A DNA stretch of 64,000 nt. Origin: Escherichia phage vB-Eco-KMB43. The DNA lies in the sequence record OR525698.1. One strand, written 5' to 3'. The notes beneath the pieces were generated by a model. That model made no database searches and was not told where the DNA came from. It was given only the letters and a program-made list of their open reading frames with translations. The position numbers and the translations under genes are program-made. Below are positions 10,023-19,494 of the stretch, one piece after another; positions within the stretch are counted from its first letter, which is position 1; each line of letters opens with the position of its first letter.

Positions 10023-11051
10023 TTAAAATTTACAATATTTCATAAACCGCATTTTAGCCATCAGACCTTGTACGGTGTTCTCTTTGATATATTCCATGAT
10101 CTGGTCGCGTGTAGCGCCCTCGTCCTGAATCATGGCGTTAACGTCTTTAGAATGCCACGGGCAACGGTCCCACAATACAATCTTTTCCCCTGCATTGATA
10201 AACTTTTCCAGTCGGTGCATTGTATCGGCAGACCGTGGTTCCGCATCAAGTACAAACACTCGCTGGTCTGGGAAAGGGATTTCATCTAATCCCAAAGTAC
10301 CGCCAGTAATTGCACACCCGTTATCAATAAACAATGAATCGATCGGACCTTCTAAGAAATACACTGGCCTACTCGGATCGGCGCGTTCAAGACCATAGAC
10401 CTTACTCGCTAACTCATGAGTTTTAATCGTCATATATTTGGTCTTTCCGTAATCCTTTCTCAATGCTCGCCCCTGAATGGATTCTATCTTGTTCTCGCGG
10501 TTAAAGATAGGAATCACTAAACGCGGTTCAGGTTGTGGATTCTTGAAAGTATCAGCCTTAATGTGATTTGCTACCTTTTGCCATTCTCTCGTGAAATACA
10601 GAAGGTCCCATTTATCGTGAGGGATGCAACGATCACTGACATACTTTATTATAGGATGATTAGCCGGAAGAGTATCTAATCTCTCGCAGAAAGGCAATGT
10701 TTGCACTTTCTTAATCTCCGGCTTTTCTACCTTTTTCAGTGGCTTGAACGTGGTGTTCTTGTGGTCTCCTTGTTCCTTCCGTCGTTCCATAAGCCATTCC
10801 CTGAATAGGTCCGGCTTATACTGTTTGAGAAATTCACCTAACGGCTGATTGTAGTTACAGTTGAAACAACCACAACGCAAACTATCCTTATAGGTATAGA
10901 TACGGAATCGCGCCATTGTGCTATTCTTTTTGGAATCTCCGCAGATCGGACAACTTGCTACTAACGTAAATGAGTTAGTATGTAACCGCTTGAAATTTCG
11001 TTCGCCGTATAATGCTTTTTCGGCTATTTCATAATCTGCGTAGTAAATCAT
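10023..11051 (-). CDS. 61: DNA primase
   Basis: 342 aa; N-terminal zinc ribbon CPICG...CFNC; same length as T4 gp61. Confidence 0.85.
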   Translation of the reverse strand: MIYYADYEIAEKALYGERNFKRLHTNSFTLVASCPICGDSKKNSTMARFRIYTYKDSLRCGCFNCNYNQPLGEFLKQYKPDLFREWLMERRKEQGDHKNTTFKPLKKVEKPEIKKVQTLPFCERLDTLPANHPIIKYVSDRCIPHDKWDLLYFTREWQKVANHIKADTFKNPQPEPRLVIPIFNRENKIESIQGRALRKDYGKTKYMTIKTHELASKVYGLERADPSRPVYFLEGPIDSLFIDNGCAITGGTLGLDEIPFPDQRVFVLDAEPRSADTMHRLEKFINAGEKIVLWDRCPWHSKDVNAMIQDEGATRDQIMEYIKENTVQGLMAKMRFMKYCKF

Positions 11052-11058
11052 AAGATCC

Positions 11059-11622
11059 TCACTGTATATTTTTACTTCTCTGCTTTCCTATCCAGATCCG
11101 TCTAACTGTTTCCGCATTAACATCATATATTTTTGCGGTCTTTGCCGCAGATCCGGTTCCTTTTAGAGTTTTGATTTCTTCAATCTGATCTTTGGTTAAT
11201 TTAGCCCAATGGTGTGCATCACCATAACACGAACTCAGACCGTGTGTCAATGCATGAATCTGATTTTCTGATTGTGTAACCCATTCAAGATTATATAGGT
11301 CATGGTTTCTTTTGTTTCCATCGATATGATTAACAAACGGCAAATTGTTTACGTTTGGTATAAACGCTTCTGCTTTTGCTCTGTGTATGTATATCGATAG
11401 AGATTTAACCCTAGACCCTGAACTAGTTTTATTACCGTAAGGATCTCTGATTCTTGCTACGGCGTATCCACCGCTTCTTCCGGCTACAGATTCTCTATAA
11501 ATCTTTCCTGTTTTCTTGTTTCTAATGCGTCCATATGAGCTAACCTCGTAGCCTGGCATTTCGACGCCCATATAAACAAGGTCTTTCCATTCTTCTGGAT
11601 GTTCATCACAATACCGTTTCAT
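11059..11622 (-). CDS. HNH homing endonuclease (NUMOD4-like plus HNH)
   Basis: GYEVSSYGRIRN motif and VNHIDGNKRNHDLYNLEWVTQSEN HNH motif; inserted just downstream of primase gene. Confidence 0.75.
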   Translation of the reverse strand: MKRYCDEHPEEWKDLVYMGVEMPGYEVSSYGRIRNKKTGKIYRESVAGRSGGYAVARIRDPYGNKTSSGSRVKSLSIYIHRAKAEAFIPNVNNLPFVNHIDGNKRNHDLYNLEWVTQSENQIHALTHGLSSCYGDAHHWAKLTKDQIEEIKTLKGTGSAAKTAKIYDVNAETVRRIWIGKQRSKNIQ

Positions 11623-11637
11623 GATGTTATTAACCTC

Positions 11638-11841
11638 TTATAGCTCAAATTTCATGAAAGTTCCAACACTTTCATTTTCATTCTCTCCGTTTTCATCTAA
11701 GCCAAATTTATAGACACTACCATCTGGCGATGTGTAAGAGAATACACGAAAACGGCCTACCGGATCAAGTTCTGTAAATTCATATTCTTTTCCGGCTTCA
11801 AAAAGTGCATATGTGCTTTTAAGACATTTCATCGTAATCAT
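11638..11841 (-). CDS. hypothetical protein (67 aa)
   Basis: small ORF; start overlaps upstream stop (ATGA). Confidence 0.35.
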   Translation of the reverse strand: MITMKCLKSTYALFEAGKEYEFTELDPVGRFRVFSYTSPDGSVYKFGLDENGENENESVGTFMKFEL

Positions 11842-11981
11842 TTAAGCGCCACCGACAACAGAATGAGAACTACACCAACATACATTGTGATCTCGGATAA
11901 CTTTTCTGTTTTTGTTTTGTGTCCAGATAATCCGAAAATAACAACACCGATAATAGCGGACAGCAAGCCAACGATAAACAT
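11838..11981 (-). CDS. small membrane protein (47 aa, below ORF-track cutoff)
   Basis: hand-translated MFIVGLLSAIIGVVIFGL..., one TM helix; stop/start overlap with neighbours. Confidence 0.3.
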   Translation of the reverse strand: MFIVGLLSAIIGVVIFGLSGHKTKTEKLSEITMYVGVVLILLSVALK

Positions 11982-11988
11982 GATGATA

Positions 11989-12165
11989 CTAAGCACCGTC
12001 TTTCTCCTTTTTGCGTTTTTCTTTACCCGCTACACTAGGTCCACGATTGGTAATAGATCCGCTCGTTTCACCTGCTGCGATCTTCTCAGGATTGCCGCCA
12101 GCATCGCCAGCGGTCATATCTTCTTTGAGTTTATTTTCTTCAACAAACTGTTTAAATCCAATCAT
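11989..12165 (-). CDS. small hydrophilic protein (58 aa, below ORF-track cutoff)
   Basis: hand-translated MIGFKQFVEENKLKEDM...; ATGA overlap with upstream ORF stop. Confidence 0.3.
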   Translation of the reverse strand: MIGFKQFVEENKLKEDMTAGDAGGNPEKIAAGETSGSITNRGPSVAGKEKRKKEKDGA

Positions 12166-12539
12166 AGAATAATCTCTTTCAGTAAGTCAACAATCTGGTC
12201 TTTCGTCAGTTTATCCTGATTCTCTACAATCTTGATAACACAAGCATTAACATCTTTTCTAGTCACGCGGGAGATCGTTTTAATACGATGAAACGGTTCG
12301 TAGAAATATACTGCTTCATTATAGAGCGCAGCAATTTTTCGACGCATTTGATCTTTATCCGACAAGAAAACAAGTGCTGTTTTATGACCTTCTACACCCG
12401 CCACGTTATATAGTTCAGCAACACCCCAGCGACCTTCCGGTTCAATCATTCCGGCGTGTTTACCGTCGATAAAAATAAGAATATCTCCGTTGAATGCGGT
12501 TTTGAATGCTACATCTTCCGGCGTAATCATATTTTTCAT
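12162..12539 (-). CDS. hypothetical protein (125 aa)
   Basis: ORF in 61-41 intergenic accessory block. Confidence 0.4.
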   Translation of the reverse strand: MKNMITPEDVAFKTAFNGDILIFIDGKHAGMIEPEGRWGVAELYNVAGVEGHKTALVFLSDKDQMRRKIAALYNEAVYFYEPFHRIKTISRVTRKDVNACVIKIVENQDKLTKDQIVDLLKEIIL

Positions 12540-12569
12540 AATATAGTCTCCTTAGAGTTTCATTATAGA

Positions 12570-13205
12570 TCAAGCGAATGTAGAAAGCAAACGTTTTGTT
12601 TCTTTCAGTTGTCGTTCAAGATCTTTGCGTTTCTCTTTAAGTTGCATTTTAGCATTATTTCGCTGTTTTTCAACATCTTTATCAATATGCTTAGTCCAAT
12701 TATCAATATCAGAATAAGTTGGCATACCCAATTCTAGACCTAATGCGGTTGGATACAGGGTAACAGTCCATAAACCGCTAATCTTCTTAAATAGGTCGGG
12801 GTGTAGTGTACTATCTACATCTTCCGGTGTCAACTCTTTTTCTTCTTTCAGTGGTGGGATCTCGTCATATGGTTCCAGTGCATTTACTTTAATATCAGAT
12901 ACCTCATCAAAGAATCCGCGTACATCCGCAGGAAATACACAAGCAATTTCCCAACCGTGATCACGCAGAGAAGTAATATTTTTCACTTCCCCACCATGTG
13001 TGATGATTGATGTGACATTGCCATCAAGGTCCACCGAATTTACGAGAAATGGCTTATCGTCTGTCAGATCATTATAAAACTGGGCTTCGGCTGTAGTCAT
13101 CTCCAGAAACAGATCTCGGATCGGACGACCATCAGGTGCGTTACCTTCCTTGAGAGTATAAAAGCGACTTACGATCCATTTTGGCGGTAAAGCATTAGCA
13201 ATCAT
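12570..13205 (-). CDS. hypothetical protein (211 aa), T4 61.2-like position
   Basis: ORF between primase and helicase; size and position resemble T4 61.2; no motif recognised. Confidence 0.4.
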   Translation of the reverse strand: MIANALPPKWIVSRFYTLKEGNAPDGRPIRDLFLEMTTAEAQFYNDLTDDKPFLVNSVDLDGNVTSIITHGGEVKNITSLRDHGWEIACVFPADVRGFFDEVSDIKVNALEPYDEIPPLKEEKELTPEDVDSTLHPDLFKKISGLWTVTLYPTALGLELGMPTYSDIDNWTKHIDKDVEKQRNNAKMQLKEKRKDLERQLKETKRLLSTFA

Positions 13206-13255
13206 GTTATATCTCCTATCAAATCATTCACCAGCGCCCCGCAGGGCGCATTTTA

Positions 13256-14668
13256 TTAGAAAGTCATGTTATTTGCTAGCTCGTCGAGTTTTTCTCGTTT
13301 CTCGGCTTGCTGTGCGCTTTGTGGTTTAACCTGTGCATTCTCCTGATCTGCGATCTGGTTTGGTACTTCATACCAACGCTGATTTCCTTTTTTCACACCA
13401 ACGTTAAACCGTGAATAATAGTTCTTATCACCGTAACGAGACTTGATCTGCTTCATGAGTTGGACGCCCATTTTAGCCAGGTCTTCGGTTTCGATAACAC
13501 CCAACATAAAATCGGCTGTCGCCGGAAGACCTGCTGATTCAGCGGTATCACTCATGTTAAGGTCGGAAGCATCCCAACCAGCGCGGGTAGTCTGTGCCGC
13601 AGTCCAACCAACAACATCCCACTTAACAAAAAATCCTCGCAGTTCTTCCGCAATCGCCTTAACTAGTGTGTAACTATTTTCAGAGTATACACGCAAGCGA
13701 GACGATGCGCAAATCCCCAGATAGTCAACAATCACAACATCAGGTTTAAACTGTTTCTTGAGTCGCAATTCATTCATTAACGCCTCAAAGTGATTGGAGT
13801 TTGCGCCACCAGTCGGATACTGCTTGATCATCAATTTTCCAACCGGACGATCCCCGATCTTCTTATTCTTAACACGCTTCATGCGTGCGGAATATTCCGC
13901 AAAAGAAACATTACCATTATCCAATTCATCTAATGTAATGTCAAGCAAGTTTGCGTCGATACGTTTGGCTACGACATGCTCTGCCATCTCCATTGAGATA
14001 TACAATACATCATAACCACATTCCATATAATCCGCAGCAAGAGAACACAAGCCAAGCGATTTACCAACGTTTACACCAGCAAGCAACACATTTAGCGTTT
14101 TTCTTTCCGCCCCTCCTTTCGTGATTTTATTCAACATCGGCAGCTTAAACGGGATCTTATTCGCCTTAGTCTGATATAACAGGAATCGTTTTTCAAAGTC
14201 ATTAAACCAGTCATGACCTACATCAGAATCAAACGTAATGGATAGTGCTTCCTGCATAATTTCAGGAATAGCGCCCTCACTAGGCAATTTCTTATTCTGT
14301 TTCTCTTTTGGTAGTTGTGCGTTCGCCTGAATCTCTAGCGCCCGTGACATTGCATTATACATAGCGCGGTCACGAATAAATTTTTCGGTTTCCTTCATTA
14401 ACCAATCAAGGTCTTCCGGTGTATTCTCAAGCGAATCAAGAAGAGTTTTCGCCCCTTCATATGTTGTCTGATTGCCTCTCTCCTTGTCTAAAGCAATCTG
14501 TAATGCAGTTGGTGTAGGAATATTGGAATATTCGTCTACGTGCTTTTTAATCAGCTTATAAATCAGTTTTTCTTCGTCTTCGGTGAAGTAGTCCTCTTTA
14601 AGGTGAGGCCATACATTCGTAAAGAATGCGCCATTGTAAATCAACTGTGAAAAGATAGTTTTAATCAT
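13256..14668 (-). CDS. 41: replicative DNA helicase (DnaB-like)
   Basis: 470 aa; Walker A GVNVGKS; T4 gp41 length and position. Confidence 0.9.
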   Translation of the reverse strand: MIKTIFSQLIYNGAFFTNVWPHLKEDYFTEDEEKLIYKLIKKHVDEYSNIPTPTALQIALDKERGNQTTYEGAKTLLDSLENTPEDLDWLMKETEKFIRDRAMYNAMSRALEIQANAQLPKEKQNKKLPSEGAIPEIMQEALSITFDSDVGHDWFNDFEKRFLLYQTKANKIPFKLPMLNKITKGGAERKTLNVLLAGVNVGKSLGLCSLAADYMECGYDVLYISMEMAEHVVAKRIDANLLDITLDELDNGNVSFAEYSARMKRVKNKKIGDRPVGKLMIKQYPTGGANSNHFEALMNELRLKKQFKPDVVIVDYLGICASSRLRVYSENSYTLVKAIAEELRGFFVKWDVVGWTAAQTTRAGWDASDLNMSDTAESAGLPATADFMLGVIETEDLAKMGVQLMKQIKSRYGDKNYYSRFNVGVKKGNQRWYEVPNQIADQENAQVKPQSAQQAEKREKLDELANNMTF

Positions 14669-14982
14669 ACATAGCCCCCAACTACACGCATAACAAAGGT
14701 CTTGAGTTTATACCAGAAAGTTTCTTTTTTCAACTTTTCTTCTGCTTCTTTGATCTGCGCGGTTAACGCCTTAATGACGTGAGGATATACCACATCACGA
14801 TCTGACGGCGTGGAGTAGTCGACCATAATACCTTTAGTTTCTGGATCGTATTCAACATTATGAATATAGACAATATGATGTTCTCCCTCTTCATCAACAA
14901 TTATCAGTTCCTGGATAACTGTCTTCATTGCTTCTTGAATCAAGCTGTGTGCTTCTTCTAAACTTGTTGGTTTCTTATCCAT
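14665..14982 (-). CDS. hypothetical protein (105 aa), T4 gene 40 position
   Basis: ORF between uvsX and 41; 4 nt overlap with 41 start. Confidence 0.35.
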   Translation of the reverse strand: MDKKPTSLEEAHSLIQEAMKTVIQELIIVDEEGEHHIVYIHNVEYDPETKGIMVDYSTPSDRDVVYPHVIKALTAQIKEAEEKLKKETFWYKLKTFVMRVVGGYV

Positions 14983-15004
14983 AATATAATCCTCTCTAGA
15001 TATG

Positions 15005-15027
15005 AAAAAGGGGCACGTAGCCCCTTT
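15005..15027 (-). terminator. rho-independent terminator after uvsX
   Basis: GGGGC-ACGTA-GCCCC hairpin followed by TTTTT on minus strand. Confidence 0.55.
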
Positions 15028-15037
15028 ACTACCATTG

Positions 15038-16108
15038 TTATGCTAACATATCTTCGATTTCTTTGTCAACTGCTTCGTCGCTGATCACTTGCCCCAGCTT
15101 ATAATGATCGTTGATTGCTTCGTTAAACTTATCGTTTGTCAGAAGTGGTTTCCAGAACTCAATGCTATTGGTTTCTTTAGCACGGAACTTGCGTTCTTCG
15201 GTTTCCATCTCTCCGGTCTCGGTATTTAGGATTGAACGAGAATACCAGCCGTTTGACGGTTTCACTACCCAGCCTAACTCTACAGCCAATTCCAGCAAGC
15301 CGGAATAAGGATCGATACCACCGCTAAATGTTACGCTAATCGGGAACTTAGATTTTTCTTTAACGGTTCGTGATTTTTCCGCATTCAGGATAAAATCATA
15401 ACCAGTAATTTCGGTTCCTTCTTTCTGCTGACGACGACCAATAATGAAAACTTCATTGGCTGAATACATCGCGCCCGTACCGCCGGACATAACGGTCTTA
15501 CTAAACATTTCTTGCGTTTCGTAAGTGTGGTTAATAGCGATGCACGGGATATCATTCATAGTCAGATATGGCGTCACCATACGGAACAAGCCTTTAAGTG
15601 CTTTAGCTCGCGTCATATCCTGTGCGGATTTCTCATTAATCGCGTCTTCAACTTCTTTTTTACTTGCTAAGTTACCGATTGAGTCAATAAAGATGATCAC
15701 TTTATCTTCACGGGTAATTTGCTCAAGCTGGTTCATGATTTCAAATTTAAGTTCTTCGATGTTCTTGATTGGAACATGCACTACGCGATCAGGATCTACA
15801 CCCATAGATTCAAGATAAGCGGGTGTAATACCGAACTCAGAATCAAAGAACAAACACGCCGCATCAGGATTCTGTTTCATGTATGCACTAACACAAGTTA
15901 ATCCCATGTTTGATTTAAAGTGCTTAGACGGACCAGCAAAGAAAATCAGACCAGATTGAAAGCCCTTTTTAAGATCACCTGAAAACGCAATATTCAGCAT
16001 CGGGATCTTAGTGCGAGTATTTGTTTTTTCGTTAAAGAAGCTGGATTTAGACAGTACCGCAGTAGTTTTCAGGGTAGAGTTCTTTTTCAGTTTTTCCAGT
16101 ACAGACAT
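15038..16108 (-). CDS. uvsX: UvsX recombinase (RecA-like)
   Basis: 356 aa; Walker A FAGPSKHFKS; T4 order. Confidence 0.9.
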   Translation of the reverse strand: MSVLEKLKKNSTLKTTAVLSKSSFFNEKTNTRTKIPMLNIAFSGDLKKGFQSGLIFFAGPSKHFKSNMGLTCVSAYMKQNPDAACLFFDSEFGITPAYLESMGVDPDRVVHVPIKNIEELKFEIMNQLEQITREDKVIIFIDSIGNLASKKEVEDAINEKSAQDMTRAKALKGLFRMVTPYLTMNDIPCIAINHTYETQEMFSKTVMSGGTGAMYSANEVFIIGRRQQKEGTEITGYDFILNAEKSRTVKEKSKFPISVTFSGGIDPYSGLLELAVELGWVVKPSNGWYSRSILNTETGEMETEERKFRAKETNSIEFWKPLLTNDKFNEAINDHYKLGQVISDEAVDKEIEDMLA

Positions 16109-16119
16109 TATTAATACCT

Positions 16120-16347
16120 CTATTCAGTTAATCCGTAATACTTTAATTGCTTCATTGTTATTCGATCTTTGTAGTGCTCTTGAATTAACTTTTTCATCGC
16201 ATCAACATCGATCGTCACAAATACTTCGTTGCTGTGATTTCCGTGAACTTTCTTGAAATGCTCTATGCCTTCCTCACGTTCACGTTTAATCTTTTCAATG
16301 TCTCTCATAATATATTTCTCACATTGGCGGGTATCGTAACCCAACAC
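16120..16347 (-). CDS. hypothetical protein (75 aa)
   Basis: only ORF between DNA polymerase and uvsX. Confidence 0.35.
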   Translation of the reverse strand: MLGYDTRQCEKYIMRDIEKIKREREEGIEHFKKVHGNHSNEVFVTIDVDAMKKLIQEHYKDRITMKQLKYYGLTE

Positions 16348-16369
16348 CCGCCATTATACACACTTTATC

Positions 16370-19048
16370 TTAAATGTCAAACAGGTCCGTAAGCGATGCC
16401 ACCTTTTCATATTGCAGCTTTGCAGCCGTGGTAATGTTCTCCAGTGGTTTGACGAAAGTCTTATTAAACAACAAAGGCCAGTCTAACCACTTTAACACCT
16501 CTGATTCAATTTCTGGAGGAATACGAGTACCGGACAACCAACCAAAACAGATTTCTCCAAACGGATTTCGGTCTTTAAGCGGTACAATCATAACCTTCTC
16601 GCCCTCACGAATTGGATCTAGTCCGAATTTTCGAGCATTACGATTATAACACAATACACTCTTAACCGCATACGGACAACCCTTAATCGGATACCCGTTT
16701 GAATCGCTGTATTTCTGTAGGTTGTTTGCGGATGATACCGCAGCAACCTCAAGATAGTCAAGTTTTCTAAATTCTTGCTCAAAAATACCGTAGTATTCCT
16801 GCAATGACTCTTCACCTTCCTGCAACATACGGCGAATACATTCTTTCAGTGATTTCTGACATGCTTTAGGGGTGGAGCTACGTTGCGTTTCCAAGCCCAT
16901 GATTTTTAGCTTAGGTTCAGCAAAGCGCGTTCCTTCCATATCCCAAACATTAAGAGCATAACGCTTTTTACCAGTCCAGAATCCACCGATACCCGCAGAT
17001 TTCAATGGAGGACCAGCAATTGCCTCACGGTCCATAAACATCAAGTGCTCATAGTTGTTCATGTACTCGCATAACTCGCGATATCCCTTGTCGATAATAG
17101 GTTCCATTCGATGTTTACCGAAATTATCAAGGAAGTCAACAAGTTTTTCGGTATCGTCGAAACGGTCTTCCCCGCCAACCTTATCAATAACATTGTTAAC
17201 CAGCACATAAACGGAGTCAGTATCACAATAACGAACATATGCAAAATCAGTTGTTCCGCAAAGTTCGTTTAAGTATTCGTTAATCTTACGCTCAATCCAC
17301 TGAATTGCAAGCTGACCAAACAAGGTGATCGCACTAGCGTTACGGAGATCATAAAAACGGAATTTAGGATTCCCCAACGCACCATAAAGGGAGTTGATCA
17401 AAACTTTTCGAGAAAGCTGGTTTGTATTGCACAAGATCGACTCGTCTTTACATTCTTCCAGCAATTTCTCTAAGGCATCTTTGCTCAATTCAGAAAGCAT
17501 CGATTTAAACGCTTCATCGAAGTCGTGACGCACTTCAACGCTATAGCTAATGGTTCCCCCATAAACATGATTTTCATCGTGTAGAATCGCTTTACAGAGT
17601 TCAGCATTGCGATCACATGCCAACATCATGTTTTTGTACTGCTTACGCTGATCGAATACCTTTTTAATCTCAATCGGTACGATACCGTGAATATCTTTTC
17701 TATACATCCATCCGTTAGGCGAGCAAGAATACTCATCACTCGGACGTGGTGCAGTTTTATTGATATACTCGTGCATCGGTGCAGCATCAAAAGATCCAGC
17801 GATTGTTTCAGGAGAAATATTAACCTGTCGAATAATAGATGGGTACAGACTTGTTAAGTCAAAGCTCATCATCCAACGGTAAGCATTCGGCACAGGTTCT
17901 TTTACGAATGCTCCTGGATACGTCTGCTTAGGCTGTATCTTGTTCTCTGGTACTACTTTACCCTCAGCTTTCAGAGATCCGAAGATAATAGCATCCCATA
18001 CTTTCATCGGGTTATAAACATGGTTAAATTTAATCTTTGCATAGAAACATAGACTATACACCAGATCAATAAAACCACGCTTTTTATCAATCGCCAGCAC
18101 ACGGTCAACGTCGCCGATGTTATAATCTATGTAAAGTTGATGGTTGTCATCACGCAATTTCTTTAACGGACCATCATAATCAACCTTACCGATTCCTGTC
18201 TCGTATTCAGCAACATAATCTAATGCATATGTTGGTTGAGTAGTAAAGCTAAATTTCTTGTACAGGTCAATATAATCAAGGCTTTCGATCCCCATGATCG
18301 TAAATGCTTCACGCTCGTTGCCAAAATCATCCTGCGAGATTCGGGATTTAATCTTACCGCACGGGCTTAGACGGTTAGCGGTTCTACTTCCGAACTTATT
18401 ACTGATACGTTTAATGATATATGGAATATCGAATGTTTCTGTGTTCCAGCCAGTGAAACCAACGGGTCGGTTTTCCTCAAAGAATCGGATGTATTCTAAC
18501 AGCAATTCATCTTCTGTGTCATAGACGTTATAAACAACGCGCTCTACAATATCAGGGCGAAGAATAGACTTGCTTGCTTCCCAGATTTCACCGTTTTTTC
18601 CTTTCAAATCAAATACAAAGAAACGATCATGTACGGAATCATAATGCGTAATAGCATCGATAGGATATTTCGCTTCTTCTGGTTTAGGAAATTCCGGTGC
18701 AGTGACCTCAATATCAACCCAGGCTACACGGATTTTATTTCGGTCATATCGAATCTCGCCTTTATATGTATCGGACAGATAGGAGATGATAAAATCATCC
18801 ATCCCTAGTGCCTCCTGCCCCATTTCTCCCATCTTTTTACGCCATTTGTTGGCCTCGTTCATAGATGGGAATTTTTTAGCAATGCAAGGCTTGCCATAGA
18901 TATCTTTATAATTCGTAACCATACCGGGCGCGGCATGATGAAATAAAGTTGGCGTATATTCAACGTAACGCTCTTGTTCTTGTCCAGCATCATCAATATA
19001 ACGCTCGTAGATCTTATCACCCACTCGCTCACATGACAGAAAATACAT
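16370..19048 (-). CDS. 43: DNA polymerase, family B
   Basis: YCDTDS motif C, exonuclease motifs; N-terminus aligns with T4 gp43 from internal ATG at 19048 (GAAGGAG RBS); track start 19078 is GTG. Confidence 0.9.
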   Translation of the reverse strand: MYFLSCERVGDKIYERYIDDAGQEQERYVEYTPTLFHHAAPGMVTNYKDIYGKPCIAKKFPSMNEANKWRKKMGEMGQEALGMDDFIISYLSDTYKGEIRYDRNKIRVAWVDIEVTAPEFPKPEEAKYPIDAITHYDSVHDRFFVFDLKGKNGEIWEASKSILRPDIVERVVYNVYDTEDELLLEYIRFFEENRPVGFTGWNTETFDIPYIIKRISNKFGSRTANRLSPCGKIKSRISQDDFGNEREAFTIMGIESLDYIDLYKKFSFTTQPTYALDYVAEYETGIGKVDYDGPLKKLRDDNHQLYIDYNIGDVDRVLAIDKKRGFIDLVYSLCFYAKIKFNHVYNPMKVWDAIIFGSLKAEGKVVPENKIQPKQTYPGAFVKEPVPNAYRWMMSFDLTSLYPSIIRQVNISPETIAGSFDAAPMHEYINKTAPRPSDEYSCSPNGWMYRKDIHGIVPIEIKKVFDQRKQYKNMMLACDRNAELCKAILHDENHVYGGTISYSVEVRHDFDEAFKSMLSELSKDALEKLLEECKDESILCNTNQLSRKVLINSLYGALGNPKFRFYDLRNASAITLFGQLAIQWIERKINEYLNELCGTTDFAYVRYCDTDSVYVLVNNVIDKVGGEDRFDDTEKLVDFLDNFGKHRMEPIIDKGYRELCEYMNNYEHLMFMDREAIAGPPLKSAGIGGFWTGKKRYALNVWDMEGTRFAEPKLKIMGLETQRSSTPKACQKSLKECIRRMLQEGEESLQEYYGIFEQEFRKLDYLEVAAVSSANNLQKYSDSNGYPIKGCPYAVKSVLCYNRNARKFGLDPIREGEKVMIVPLKDRNPFGEICFGWLSGTRIPPEIESEVLKWLDWPLLFNKTFVKPLENITTAAKLQYEKVASLTDLFDI

Positions 19049-19080
19049 AATATAAACTCCTTCACTTACGAAAGACACTC

Positions 19081-19109
19081 ATTATAGGGGAATCGACTTA
19101 GTTTGTCAA
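19081..19109 (-). promoter_or_regulatory. early promoter upstream of DNA polymerase gene (TTGACA, 17 nt, TATAAT)
   Basis: inverted repeat ATAGGGG/CCCCTAT flanks the element. Confidence 0.5.
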
Positions 19110-19130
19110 TACCCCTATCCCATCAGTATC

Positions 19131-19493
19131 TTATCGTCCGATCTGATATTTCTCGATCAGTGTCCATTCTTCTTTCTGTTTGAAAGACAATACACGGAAA
19201 TTGTTAACTTCGGTAGTTTCAAAATCACTATCAATCAGGGTACACAGATTCCACTGCGCAAGAAGTTTTGCAATGTTATTACGGCGTAATTCATCTTCCC
19301 ACGTCATTTTAACACTACGACCATCTAATTTCAACAACTCCTTGAAATGAACGATGTAATAGCGCCCCTTCTTCTGGAGAATATGACAAGACTGATACAG
19401 TGTCTTGTCTCGATTGTTGGCAATGCCGCAGCGGGTTAAAGTTTCCTTAATTTTAAGGAAGTTTTCAGGACTAATCAAATTAATTTCAATCAT
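19131..19493 (-). CDS. regA: RegA translational repressor
   Basis: 120 aa; near-identical stretches to T4 RegA (KETLTR.GIANN.DK.LYQSCHILQKKG.YYIVHFKE). Confidence 0.9.
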   Translation of the reverse strand: MIEINLISPENFLKIKETLTRCGIANNRDKTLYQSCHILQKKGRYYIVHFKELLKLDGRSVKMTWEDELRRNNIAKLLAQWNLCTLIDSDFETTEVNNFRVLSFKQKEEWTLIEKYQIGR

Positions 19494-19494
19494 T

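Noticed and set aside
16120-16347. Truncated remnant of dCMP hydroxymethylase or beta-glucosyltransferase between 43 and uvsX
   Set aside because: The only ORF there is 75 aa with no thymidylate-synthase-like or glycosyltransferase motifs; the genes are absent, not decayed.
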